A stretch of 63,133 bases of DNA, taken from the IMG/VR virus record IMGVR_UViG_3300005534_000015, positions 1 through 63,133 of that record; one strand, given 5' to 3'. The translations under genes were made by a program, and so were the position numbers. Each line of letters opens with the position of its first letter. Positions within the stretch are counted from its first letter, which is position 1. This document shows positions 1 to 8,539 of this stretch, piece after piece. Origin of the DNA: a virus. Lineage: Duplodnaviria; Caudoviricetes. The notes under the pieces are model-generated. The model was given only the letters and a program-made list of their open reading frames with translations. It was not told where the DNA came from and searched no databases.

Positions 1-255
1 GACTTCGGGAACGCGGCCGTCGCCACCGTCCGTGCGACCGCCGATCTTGTTCATGGCGATTTGGCCCTCCATGGCCCGCGCCTTGTCTTTGCCTTTCTTG
101 GGTTTTGATCCGCCTTTGCGAATGCGGCCCGAGTAGGCAATCGGTTTGGCCTTGTCGTTTGCGACGTCGATGGCTGCTTCGGAGCGTGGAGATGCGCTGA
201 AACCGACGTCGCCGGCATCATCCTGAACGTAAAGGGAATCGTATGTGTGGCCCAT
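1..255 (-). CDS. Small basic protein with T4 CTS-like leader (putative internal head protein), partial; not in the supplied ORF track
   Basis: Translated by hand: MGHTYDSLYVQDDAGDVGFSASPRSEAAIDVANDKAKPIAYSGRIRKGGSKPKKGKDK...; runs off the window edge; paralogous to 1686-1937 and 5528-5782. Confidence 0.75.
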   Translation of the reverse strand, partial: MGHTYDSLYVQDDAGDVGFSASPRSEAAIDVANDKAKPIAYSGRIRKGGSKPKKGKDKARAMEGQIAMNKIGGRTDGGDGRVPEV

Positions 256-259
256 TAGG

Positions 260-484
260 TCATCTCCGGTTGTCTAGGGCGAACTTCAGTTTGTTGGCCA
301 ATTCGTCGCGTTCGGCGGTTATCAGGCGCACAGCGTTCATTCCTGCTTCCACACAGTGGTTTGTCGCTGAAAACAGACAATTCGATGCGAGTTTGTAATC
401 TCCATCGTTTATCGCTTGGGCGGCTTCTCGAAGGGCCTGTGAAGCTCGGTAATGATATAGCTTCAACTTGTCGAGGTCAGTCAT
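260..484 (-). CDS. Hypothetical protein
   Basis: 74 aa helical ORF; ATGA overlap with the upstream gene. Confidence 0.6.
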   Translation of the reverse strand: MTDLDKLKLYHYRASQALREAAQAINDGDYKLASNCLFSATNHCVEAGMNAVRLITAERDELANKLKFALDNRR

Positions 485-693
485 CCAGTTCTCCCCGTAA
501 TCGCCCCGAACCAGTATGCTGCGGTCTCGCTGAAACTATCGGCCTGATCATCGTGACCTGCCTCCATTGCCGCATCGTGGCGCACTACTGCGGCCTCGAA
601 GAGGTGGATGGCGCTCTCGATCAGGCGGTCGATGCGGGCCTGCTCTTGTCTTTCTTTTTCTTCATCTTTCGGGACCTTGAGGCGGGTAAACAT
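481..693 (-). CDS. Hypothetical protein
   Basis: Start MFTRLK at 693 with AGGAG upstream; ends overlapping the next start. Confidence 0.55.
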   Translation of the reverse strand: MFTRLKVPKDEEKERQEQARIDRLIESAIHLFEAAVVRHDAAMEAGHDDQADSFSETAAYWFGAITGRTG

Positions 694-908
694 TGTCGTC
701 TCCTGGTAGAACAGAACGGATGGCGTCGCCGACGTCTTCCCAACCGGATCGCAGGGCTTCTTCGTTGTTTTGCTGGAGTATCTTCTCCAGACGGGATTGG
801 TGCAAGGCGCCGCCCAGATCAAGGACAGAGGCGACGCCGATCCAGAACGGATCGTCAAAACCACTCATGAGCCGGTTAAACCACCCAGATGATCGCTTCA
901 TTGCGTGT

Positions 909-1109
909 CTAACGTTCTCGTAGGACCCTCACATCGAAGTGGTAATTCGGATCCTCGTTGAACGCCGCTAACTCTGCATCATAGATGGCGTACTCGGTGG
1001 TAGGGTCGGTGGTCCATGGGATCTGAACTTCAAAGAAGGTGATGGTCCGTGTCTCTTCGCGGGTGACGACGACGCCCGGTATCTTCTCTAGTCGTTCTCG
1101 CAGTGTCAT
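909..1109 (-). CDS. Hypothetical protein
   Basis: Start MTLRERLEK at 1109 overlaps the stop of 1106-1474. Confidence 0.55.
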   Translation of the reverse strand: MTLRERLEKIPGVVVTREETRTITFFEVQIPWTTDPTTEYAIYDAELAAFNEDPNYHFDVRVLRER

Positions 1110-1474
1110 TGGATGTAACACGTTTCCATGCAAGATTCGCACCGATGTTGTGACCCCTGGTAATAGTCGCCCACACCTTCTTCGACGAGCAGGCCCTTCG
1201 CGCCGCAGTTCGGACAGAACAACTCCGTCGTCTCCCAAACAGGCTCGTAAGGGACGGTTGGTGTCTCCATCGCTTGCTGCAGCAGTTCGCTGCGGGTCAT
1301 GCCCGTTTTCTTCAACCATTCGGCGGTGATGGATCGGGAGAGAAGGCTCCAGATATCTTCGCGAGGGTGTTCGGCTGATTCGAAATGTTTGCTCGTTATA
1401 TCTTCTGAGATGGGCGCGGCACCAGGGACAAAGAAGATCGAAGGGTTTGGTTTGGTTGATTGGCTATCGTTCAT
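1106..1474 (-). CDS. Hypothetical protein with C-terminal Zn ribbon
   Basis: CPNC...CESC; start MNDSQ at 1474 in a TAATG overlap. Confidence 0.6.
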   Translation of the reverse strand: MNDSQSTKPNPSIFFVPGAAPISEDITSKHFESAEHPREDIWSLLSRSITAEWLKKTGMTRSELLQQAMETPTVPYEPVWETTELFCPNCGAKGLLVEEGVGDYYQGSQHRCESCMETCYIQ

Positions 1475-1680
1475 TAGAAGGTCACGTTCCTTATGCGGCG
1501 AGCTTCTCGCTGCTCGATAGCTAACACTTCGGCACTGGTCAGCCGTCGCCATGGATCGAGCATCTGGTCGCAAACGTCGTCCGCTTCGTCGGTGTCGCCG
1601 CGCCCAGAAGCGATCAGATCATCGAGGCGTTGCAGTAACTTTTCAAAGAGAGCAGCGTCAGGGTTCACCGATTCTGTCAT
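1474..1680 (-). CDS. Hypothetical protein
   Basis: 68 aa ORF tightly packed in the leftward operon. Confidence 0.55.
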   Translation of the reverse strand: MTESVNPDAALFEKLLQRLDDLIASGRGDTDEADDVCDQMLDPWRRLTSAEVLAIEQREARRIRNVTF

Positions 1681-1685
1681 TCTAC

Positions 1686-1937
1686 CTATCCCATCGCGCT
1701 CGGGTTGGAATACTCCGGGTCATCGGTCAGCGACCGAGGGCTTTTCGGCAGAACAGGCTTGCCGACTTTCGCTGGCTTGCTTCCGCCTTTCTTGATCTTC
1801 CCCTTATACTGAGGGGGCTTGCCTTTTGGCCCGGCCATGCCGATGGGTGTATTGTTGGTCGCGGAGATTGTCGTGTCATACTGGCCCCCGCTGCCGCTTG
1901 AGTCGATGTCTTGATACAGGTCTAAGAAGTCGCGCAT
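1686..1937 (-). CDS. Small basic protein with T4 CTS-like leader (putative internal head protein)
   Basis: MRDFLDLYQD leader; YKGKIKKGGSK motif; GGAGGGG RBS and CGGTACAATA motif upstream. Confidence 0.75.
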   Translation of the reverse strand: MRDFLDLYQDIDSSGSGGQYDTTISATNNTPIGMAGPKGKPPQYKGKIKKGGSKPAKVGKPVLPKSPRSLTDDPEYSNPSAMG

Positions 1938-1955
1938 CGTCGTACCCCTCCAGCG

Positions 1956-1965
1956 TATTGTACCG
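1956..1965 (-). promoter_or_regulatory. Phage promoter motif CGGTACAATA (-10-like)
   Basis: Same motif recurs at 6033, 8949, 23191, 42914 and 51935. Confidence 0.55.
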
Positions 1966-2028
1966 TGAAAATCGGGCTGGGTCCAATCGGTATTAGAGTG
2001 TATGCTCGGTACAAATAGCTGTGGTACA

Positions 2029-2476
2029 GAGGAGGTGCCGGGAACTTCTTGGGTGAATGGTCGTCTGAGGATCAGGACCTTACCGGTGTCCGCGGGGTCG
2101 CAGCATCGAGGTTAGACCGGCTGGCGAGGGACGGGAGGGTGTCCAAGTCGCCCTCCCTCCCTCGCCCTGGTCCGCAAGAGCCTCAGACGAGCATCAGTGG
2201 ATCCCCCGACACCCGTCCCTCCTCCTGCAGACGGATGTCAGTTTACCAGGGGATGGACGTCGGGTCAATGCTTTTGACAAACCTAGCATCAAGGCCGCGC
2301 TTGACCGGCCCTTTTTGGGCAGAGACGGTACTTGACCTACTCCTCGCCGCGGAACCAGCGGAACAGGAAGTGGTAAAGGCACCAGGTTACGGCGTTACTG
2401 ATACCCTCGAAGAAGCGGTCCACGCTCCAGAGCAACCCCGCCACGCCGCGTATCCAGAGGCGGATGAGAACGGCAT
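2029..2476. ncRNA. Putative large structured non-coding RNA, family unknown
   Basis: Gap between two leftward genes filled with nested complementary segments, e.g. TCGTCTGAGG 2061-2070 / CCTCAGACGA 2181-2190; GCGAGGGA-C-GGGAGGG / CCCTCCC-TCCCTCGC; ATCCCC / GGGGAT; CTTCTT-GGGT / ACCC-TCG-AAGAAG. Confidence 0.55.
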
Positions 2477-2479
2477 AGA

Positions 2480-2707
2480 TCATGGCTGGTCTTCGGCCAC
2501 TCCAGAGGCAACGAGGCCGACGATTGCCAGTGCCTCAGCTAGGAAAAACGCGACTTGGAATTCAGTGTCGCCTCGCTCCAACCGTTGAACGACCCCCTTT
2601 AATGATAAGTAAAAGGCTTCTCGCTGCTCCTGAAGCATCCGTTCCAGCCTTTCCGTCAGGTCAAGCACCATACTCCCTTTGGGGGTGATTGTATAACAGG
2701 GTTTCAT
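2480..2707 (-). CDS. Hypothetical protein
   Basis: 75 aa; GAGGA RBS. Confidence 0.55.
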   Translation of the reverse strand: MKPCYTITPKGSMVLDLTERLERMLQEQREAFYLSLKGVVQRLERGDTEFQVAFFLAEALAIVGLVASGVAEDQP

Positions 2708-2720
2708 TTACTTAGTCCTC

Positions 2721-3323
2721 TTAAGGGGAAGGAGTGGCTGGGTTGGTTGGCGCGGCGGCAATAACTGGCCCGGCGCCGGAAGCGACGAGGACCCAGTTAT
2801 TGGCTGGCTGCGCGTAGAGCTGGAAGAAGGCGGGGCCAGAGCCGACGACGGCGGCGGGGACGATAATGGTGACAGCCGTGTTGGTCCAGCTCTTCACGAC
2901 GGCGACGACCCCATTCACCTGAACCCGGTTGCCGCCGACTGCAGGAGTGCCAAAGCCGGCCCCTACGATGACCAGGGTGTCGCCGGGAGACACCTGCGCG
3001 AGGGGTTGGCCCGCAGGCGTCTGGAAGCCCGTGATTGAGGTCGTGGGGGCGCTTGGTGGGGTTACTGGCGGCGTGACCGGAGGAGTTGGGGTAGGAGTGG
3101 GAAGCGGCGTGACGGCCGGCGACGTCCCTGACACTTGAACGTAGGTGAGGGTCCAGGTGTCGGTTCGGGTCTGGTTCCACTTGACCCCGTTGGCGTCGGT
3201 GAAGAGAACGGTGGTCGTCGTCGTGCCTTGCTGGTTGCAGGCCCCGGCAGGGGTGGACTGTGCGAACGAATGGGCGGGAAACAACAACGATACGGTGAGA
3301 AGGCAGATAAGAAGAAGCTTCAT
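2721..3323 (-). CDS. Secreted protein: Sec signal peptide, Pro/Thr linker, IPT/TIG (Ig-like) domain
   Basis: MKLLLICLLTVSLLFPAHSFA|Q signal; PTPTPTPPVTPP linker; PGDTLVIVGAGFG...VKSWTNTAVTIIVP is TIG-like. Confidence 0.7.
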   Translation of the reverse strand: MKLLLICLLTVSLLFPAHSFAQSTPAGACNQQGTTTTTVLFTDANGVKWNQTRTDTWTLTYVQVSGTSPAVTPLPTPTPTPPVTPPVTPPSAPTTSITGFQTPAGQPLAQVSPGDTLVIVGAGFGTPAVGGNRVQVNGVVAVVKSWTNTAVTIIVPAAVVGSGPAFFQLYAQPANNWVLVASGAGPVIAAAPTNPATPSP

Positions 3324-3763
3324 TGGTTTCCTTTGGCATCACATCTAATCGGATACACTTGCCAGAGACAGGCATGACAACCCGGTCGTCCGTCGGCGTT
3401 CGCGGGTCCGAGGGTTCCGAACTTGCCGCACTTCGGGCATGGAGTGCCGCGCAGATCGTGCTCGGTCCCGTCCTTGAGCAGCCAGAGGGGCTGTGGGCGT
3501 ACCGAGACGACGGATGCGGTCTTGTTTGGATCGGCGGGGATATCGACCTTCTGGGTCGGGATGCCGCCTAAATTCGAAAACACAAGAGAAGAGGGATTGG
3601 GTGGTTCAGTGATCGCGGGCAATTGAGCGATCTTGCCTCGCATTTCCGACACAATGGTTCTGCAGTCGGAACATACGTTGAAGCGATATCCTCCAAAGTG
3701 CGTCTTTCCGCAAGCATAAACATTGGGCCGCTCACAGAGTTCGCAGAAAACGGCAGAAATCAT
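3320..3763 (-). CDS. Zn-finger hypothetical protein
   Basis: Four CxxC pairs. Confidence 0.6.
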   Translation of the reverse strand: MISAVFCELCERPNVYACGKTHFGGYRFNVCSDCRTIVSEMRGKIAQLPAITEPPNPSSLVFSNLGGIPTQKVDIPADPNKTASVVSVRPQPLWLLKDGTEHDLRGTPCPKCGKFGTLGPANADGRPGCHACLWQVYPIRCDAKGNQ

Positions 3764-4131
3764 CAGGGCTCCTCCATTGTGAAGAGGGATTTAATCCAGG
3801 GTTGCGTGATGGGGCGACGAGCAAATAGAACGTAACCGCGCGCCGGGCGATGTCTCCGCAGGGTTTCCATCGATGCACCCGTTGTGTACACATCATCAAT
3901 GATGAGTAATCCGTCCTCATCTCTTCCGGTGGCCCCTGAATGCAGTATATCCGCCAGTATAATGCCGCCCTTCGGGACGCCTTCTACGAAACCATAAGGT
4001 TCGGTTCGGCGCTTGATCTCAACAGCGAGGGCACACAAATCGTAGAACGACAGGTAATCACAATCAATCTTGAAGCAGGAGATTTCGCCCGAATGAAGTT
4101 TGAAACTACCGGTGTTGAATAATCCCATCAT
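3763..4131 (-). CDS. Short orotate-phosphoribosyltransferase-like (type I PRTase) protein
   Basis: FKLHSGEISCFKIDC, VEGVPKGG, and PRPP-binding loop LLIIDDVYTTGASM. Confidence 0.75.
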   Translation of the reverse strand: MMGLFNTGSFKLHSGEISCFKIDCDYLSFYDLCALAVEIKRRTEPYGFVEGVPKGGIILADILHSGATGRDEDGLLIIDDVYTTGASMETLRRHRPARGYVLFARRPITQPWIKSLFTMEEP

Positions 4132-4418
4132 TTTCCCTTTGGGGGTCGTCCCCGGCGCGGCTTGGTTGGCGCTTCATCGCTGCAGCCATCGCCGATAACC
4201 ACGACCTGTCTAATCGGCGTTGGCAACAATCGTTTGAATGCCATGCAGGAGATGTTGTTGATGCCATTGGCATTGACCATCTCCCAGCCTTCTCGGCCCA
4301 ACTCGTTGAGGATGGCTGACAATTCATATTCGCTTCCAAGATTGGGTGCGCCGCCATCGGCCATCCATTGTCCATGATAGCTGGAGTATCGGACGATGAG
4401 GTATTCCCATTTTTGCAA
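4128..4418 (-). CDS. DUF4177-like protein with C-terminal AT-hook-like motif
   Basis: KWEYLIV...LNELGREGWEMV...FKR; ends PRRGRPPKGK. Confidence 0.65.
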   Translation of the reverse strand: MQKWEYLIVRYSSYHGQWMADGGAPNLGSEYELSAILNELGREGWEMVNANGINNISCMAFKRLLPTPIRQVVVIGDGCSDEAPTKPRRGRPPKGK

Positions 4419-4440
4419 GGGTAATTCTCCGTAAACGCGG

Positions 4441-4467
4441 AAATGACCGGCAGGGAGCCGGTCATTT
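4441..4467. terminator. Hairpin, probable intrinsic terminator
   Basis: AAATGACCGGC-AGGGA-GCCGGTCATTT, perfect 11 bp stem in an intergenic gap. Confidence 0.6.
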
Positions 4468-4500
4468 GCAGTTTACCCGAGGGTGGAGGCGTTCGTCAAA

Positions 4501-4716
4501 CTATGTGGTGGCTTGCGTGAGCAGTCGACCGGGTGGAATATTGTCGACGCGCTCGTTCTCCAGGACTTGATAGCTGTCAATGACGCTGGAGTGGGTTTCA
4601 CAGCTCTGGTTCCACTGGCGCTGCTGCTCTTCGAGGGCAGTGCGGTCGGGATGGACGATGCGGCCGACCTTGCGGGAACCGCGATACATGATCAGGACGA
4701 ATTCTGTCTTCTTCAT
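4501..4716 (-). CDS. Hypothetical protein
   Basis: 71 aa; ATGA-coupled to the endonuclease gene. Confidence 0.55.
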   Translation of the reverse strand: MKKTEFVLIMYRGSRKVGRIVHPDRTALEEQQRQWNQSCETHSSVIDSYQVLENERVDNIPPGRLLTQATT

Positions 4717-5531
4717 GGGGTATATATTTCTTTCTCTTCGTTATCGACCCACTTCCAAGTGCGTCGGTTAACAACATTGCTTATTGCCCGCTGGTGTACT
4801 CTCATTTCTGCTGCGAATTGTCGCTGGGATACTATTCCGATAGGATATATTTCTCTGATTAAACGCACTTGTCCACGGGTAAGTTTGGAACAATGTTGTT
4901 GTTCTCCCTTGATAATTGCCCTTTTGGAACGTAGTTCAGGGGATGCCCATGCTGCTTTCGAAGCTTCGGATAGTTTTCTTCTGGTTTCCGGGGAAGACAG
5001 ACCTGCTTTAGCTGCCAACGACATTTTAGCTCTTGTTTCGGGAGATGATTTGGCTTTCTTTAGGATGTCGGACATTTTTGTCCTGTACTCGGTTGACGAT
5101 TGTACCGACGTAGATACTAACGACATCTTTTCTTTGAAAGCCTGGGTTTTGTATACGCAATCAGAGGACTCCAAATATCTCTTTCTTGCTTGTGATAGTT
5201 TGTTTCTGAGTTCCAAATTCGGATTGGCTATACCTTCGCCACCGTCAGTGGCGTTGGTTAATGGCGCTCCGCAGGCGCGGTAAAGCGCAATCCATTCTGA
5301 TTCACACTGATCGGTCCCAGAACCCAGAATCACTAGGGTCGGCTCAATTCCGTCGGCAAGTAGGCTTCGGATCCATTTTGCTTTGTAACTTTTTCCTTTC
5401 GTTTTGGCGTCTTGAAGGTGAGCTTTATATCGCGCACTTTCTGTTTTAGTAGTCCTGCCTATATAACGAACGGACAGGACTTCATCGGATATGCGCGGAT
5501 CAGCAAGAGCATAATGATTCCACAGCGTCAT
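4713..5531 (-). mobile_element. Free-standing GIY-YIG homing endonuclease with NUMOD3-like repeats and C-terminal HTH
   Basis: HYAL...RYIGRT, R and E catalytic positions, LTNATDGGEG, repeated SPETRAKMS / SPETRRKLS; AT-richer than its flanks. Confidence 0.85.
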
Positions 5532-5782
5532 TTGTAAGAGTCGAATCCTGGATGTGCCTTGTGGGCATCAGCGGGGTCCATGCGGTCGTCTGGACCGGCG
5601 GTTGTCGTTCCTTCCTTCGTCTTCTTGGTGCCGCCCTTGCCGATCTTATCTTTGAAGGGGGCCTTCAAGTTCTGTTTGGGCTTCTTCGGCTTACCGACCT
5701 TATCGTCCCCAGCAGGGAACTTGTCGAGCGTTTCCTTGCTCATCCCCTCATCCTGGGTGTATAGATCGAGGTACGTTGCCAT
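5528..5782 (-). CDS. Small basic protein with T4 CTS-like leader (putative internal head protein)
   Basis: True start MATYLDLYTQD at 5782 (AGGAG RBS); FKDKIGKGGTK motif. Confidence 0.75.
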   Translation of the reverse strand: MATYLDLYTQDEGMSKETLDKFPAGDDKVGKPKKPKQNLKAPFKDKIGKGGTKKTKEGTTTAGPDDRMDPADAHKAHPGFDSYK

Positions 5783-5783
5783 T

Positions 5784-6017
5784 TTAGGTCTCCTGTTTGG
5801 GCGGCGTTCCGGCCATCGACAGAGGATGGGACACGCCGTCGACGGATGGCTTACCGCTGGGTGACGGCGAAGTGCGAGTAAGGCGCTTCTTCTTTTTGCG
5901 CGAGGCAGCCGACGAGACGCTGGCCCGCTCTGCAGGTGACATCCCCAGGCCGCCATTCCCCACCGTAGTTGCATCGGCTGCGCCTGCGTCCTGATCGTAA
6001 AGTTCGAGGTAGTTCAT
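5784..6017 (-). CDS. Small basic protein with T4 CTS-like leader (putative internal head protein)
   Basis: MNYLELYDQD leader; RKKKKR patch; AAGGAGGAGG RBS and GGGTACCATAA motif upstream. Confidence 0.75.
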   Translation of the reverse strand: MNYLELYDQDAGAADATTVGNGGLGMSPAERASVSSAASRKKKKRLTRTSPSPSGKPSVDGVSHPLSMAGTPPKQET

Positions 6018-6045
6018 GGGTTGCCTCCTCCTTTATGGTACCCGA

Positions 6046-6519
6046 TTAATCAGGAACGTCGTCAATCGGGGTTTCAGGAGGACCTAGCCAACTGTATTTG
6101 GCCCGCTGTTCTCGCTCGTAGGCGCGACCTTTGTTCATGTCGTCGTAACTGTACTTGACGTGGGGCAGGTATTTACGGGCGCATTCTTGGGCCTCGTCGC
6201 GCTCATTTTGCAGTTTCTCAGAAACGACGCAATGATCTTCGTAGGACACCCATTCGCCGCGGTTAGCCAAGGCTTTGCGGAGGGTGTTTACCTCCGCCTG
6301 CAGTTCGAGGATGGTCTTCAGGCGGTCGCTGGCTGATTTGTAAACACAGTCGAACTCCTTCTTCTGTTCCTCCAGTTCGTCCCGGTAATCTTCCGCTTCG
6401 CGCTGCGCCTTATCCCGTTCCTCGATAATCTTCATCGAGCACCAATGGCAATGGCAAATCGTTTGATTGCAGAGGCGGCAGCCATTGTGGGTCATTTCTC
6501 GATTGTCTACTCCTGGCAT
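6046..6519 (-). CDS. Coiled-coil hypothetical protein
   Basis: Cys-rich N-terminus followed by ERDKAQ / ERDEAQ heptad segments. Confidence 0.6.
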   Translation of the reverse strand: MPGVDNREMTHNGCRLCNQTICHCHWCSMKIIEERDKAQREAEDYRDELEEQKKEFDCVYKSASDRLKTILELQAEVNTLRKALANRGEWVSYEDHCVVSEKLQNERDEAQECARKYLPHVKYSYDDMNKGRAYEREQRAKYSWLGPPETPIDDVPD

Positions 6520-6713
6520 TGATCTTCCTCGGCCCGCACAAGGGCGTAGTATCGTTTCAAGCAGCCGGCGAAGAACTCTCGCGCGATCTCTTTGATCTCG
6601 TTGGCGAGGGTCGCGGCTTGCTTCGGGTCGGTTTGTTCGGCGAGAATCGTGTCGATGTTGGCGTTCGCTTCAGAAATGAGTTCGTTCAACTGTTGAGATG
6701 CGGGTTCATTCAT
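6507..6713 (-). CDS. Hypothetical protein
   Basis: 68 aa helical ORF. Confidence 0.55.
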   Translation of the reverse strand: MNEPASQQLNELISEANANIDTILAEQTDPKQAATLANEIKEIAREFFAGCLKRYYALVRAEEDQCQE

Positions 6714-6886
6714 AGTTTAAGGTTGCATCAGCGCGTCAGTAATTATTGCTGCCGGTTCGGGGTTGCTGATCGGATGGTATTCGGCTCAGAGGTTCCAACA
6801 ACGAGTTTCCTCTGGCCCAACATGGGCGGCGGCTTTGGCGAGGATGTCCAGATACTGCGATATCTTGTCGTCGAGCATAATAGAAG

Positions 6887-7216
6887 CTATACCTCCTCGC
6901 TGTGGTCCATAGGATTTCGATTCTGAAAGATCGCGTAGGCGGGTAAACCTCCTTGCGACTTTCGTAACTCGTCTATTTCCTGCTGTTTCTTGTCGCGGCA
7001 GCGACGAAGCGCGTTGTTCTCTTGCTTCAACATCAGAAACTTCCCATGCCAGAGGACGATTGCCGAATCTCGCCGGGCGAGGGCGGATTCCAGCAGCCTG
7101 ATGCGGGCCTGATAGACGCTTTTAGAGCGGTCCAGGGAATCCCGTTCCTGGGTCACCTGTGCCAGTTGATTCTGCAGGTCCTGCAGTCGCTGGGAAAGTT
7201 CTGTCTCGTAAGTCAT
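6887..7216 (-). CDS. Coiled-coil hypothetical protein
   Basis: Heptad pattern; AAGGAG RBS. Confidence 0.6.
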   Translation of the reverse strand: MTYETELSQRLQDLQNQLAQVTQERDSLDRSKSVYQARIRLLESALARRDSAIVLWHGKFLMLKQENNALRRCRDKKQQEIDELRKSQGGLPAYAIFQNRNPMDHSEEV

Positions 7217-7497
7217 ACTCCTGGTTACTCCTTTCCAAACAGTCGCAGCAGAGCCACATCACAGCCCAGTGATAGCGCGAGACGCGCTGCACGGATTGAC
7301 GGCACTGCTCGCAAATGATGTCGGGCGGGGGCTGGTCGTAACTCTGGTTCATCGGTTGCGCCACCACCGCTCCCATTTCCATTCTGTATAGCGAATCAGC
7401 CATTCTTCTCCCTGGATCAAGGCGAGGACGAAGAGGGCGACGCCGGCCAGCGTTCCGAAGACGAGACCCGCTGAGGCTTCGAAGAAGTGGAGGAAGA

Positions 7498-8055
7498 TCA
7501 TGTCGAAACAAAACCATCCATGCGTGCGTTTAACTCCATCAGGGCCAGCATCGAAAAGTCGAGGGCCGCATCGTGCATCTGCTGCATCTCCTCCAGCGGC
7601 TGCGAGTTCCCCATCCCTCCCCCGCTTACCGAGAACAGGAATGCCTTGACGGCCAGGTTGTTGCGGATCTTCTCAAACTGACTGCAGGCGTGGCTGGCCC
7701 GCGCCTTGAGGAGGGGGATGTTCCGGGACAGTGGCCCGAGGTTTAGGTGTTTGCGATATCGCTGGTCGTAGAGGGTGCAAAACCAGTAAAGGCGGGGGTC
7801 GGCGACCAGATCGATGACGCGCTGCCCGTCCCACCGCGGCCATAGGTCCTTGCCGTTCGGGGCAATCAGAATGCAGTGGCGGGCATACAGGTCGATGGAG
7901 GGCGGCGGAATCTTGGTGCCCTGTTCCTCGTGGCGGGCGGCGAGGAGGTCATAGGTCTTGCGGCCCTGGATCTTGGCGAGGGTGATGGCCCGGCGAAGCT
8001 CCTGGTCAGTGAACCGCGTCCAATCGGGTGAAGCTAAAAGAAGGTTGTCATTCAT
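7498..8055 (-). CDS. Hypothetical protein
   Basis: 185 aa; GC3-biased codons. Confidence 0.6.
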   Translation of the reverse strand: MNDNLLLASPDWTRFTDQELRRAITLAKIQGRKTYDLLAARHEEQGTKIPPPSIDLYARHCILIAPNGKDLWPRWDGQRVIDLVADPRLYWFCTLYDQRYRKHLNLGPLSRNIPLLKARASHACSQFEKIRNNLAVKAFLFSVSGGGMGNSQPLEEMQQMHDAALDFSMLALMELNARMDGFVST

Positions 8056-8058
8056 TGT

Positions 8059-8250
8059 CTAATTCGAAGTTCCCACTTTAGGTAAATGGCCGTCGGTTTC
8101 CAGGGCGATGCGAAGGGCCTCCATCAGGGACATGGCGCTTTCGGGCGAGAGGGTCACCATATACTCTTCGTCGCCGGAGAGAAAGGAGATTTCGATATCC
8201 CCGGCGCGGGTGGGTCGCTGCGCCGAATGTCCGACGTCGTGCTTTGCCAT
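8059..8250 (-). CDS. Hypothetical protein
   Basis: 63 aa in the operon after the HTH gene. Confidence 0.5.
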   Translation of the reverse strand: MAKHDVGHSAQRPTRAGDIEISFLSGDEEYMVTLSPESAMSLMEALRIALETDGHLPKVGTSN

Positions 8251-8277
8251 GGATGGACCCTTTCGTCCGTCGACAGT

Positions 8278-8535
8278 TTATGCGGGGAAAGACCGATTCG
8301 TCAAAGTGCGGACTTTGCGCGGTCGGTGGCCCACGACGGCGTAACCTGCGACCTCTGTGCGACTGACGATATGGACTGGCCCGATCTTCCGGGCCGTCAA
8401 CCGCCCCGCCTTGATCGCTTTGCGGATGGAACTCTCGTTGACGCCGATCAGGCGCGCTGCTTCCGCGACGCTGATCAGGTCGGCGAGGACGGCGGCGCGC
8501 TGCTCTCGCTCTCGTTGTTCACGGCCCTTTGGCAT
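8278..8535 (-). CDS. Excisionase/MerR-like HTH DNA-binding protein (HTH_17 type)
   Basis: LISVAEAARLIGVNESSIRKAIKAGRLTARKIG; first gene of the leftward arm. Confidence 0.75.
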   Translation of the reverse strand: MPKGREQREREQRAAVLADLISVAEAARLIGVNESSIRKAIKAGRLTARKIGPVHIVSRTEVAGYAVVGHRPRKVRTLTNRSFPA

Positions 8536-8539
8536 CGGT

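Noticed and set aside
2065-2330. CTGAGGA (hammerhead-like core) and GCAGAGACGG (group I intron R-like) within the RNA candidate
   Set aside because: No matching GAAA for a hammerhead, no S element to form P7, and no interrupted gene
2049-2588. 179 aa + strand ORF across the structured region
   Set aside because: TTG start, off-frame-like composition, overlaps a better minus-strand gene; RNA structure explains the region better
6716-6878. 30-codon minus ORF (MLDDKISQYL...) whose frame stays open past a TGA
   Set aside because: Too short to distinguish read-through or a pseudogene from chance
6887-7216. MTYETELSQ (and MNIFDLIQ at 49395) as further capsid-targeting leaders
   Set aside because: They lack the LY..QD core and the basic disordered body; one is a coiled coil and the other a tail-tip protein
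8278-8535. Excisionase implying an integrated prophage
   Set aside because: No integrase, att site or host genes in the window; HTH_17 proteins are often plain regulators, so lifestyle is undetermined
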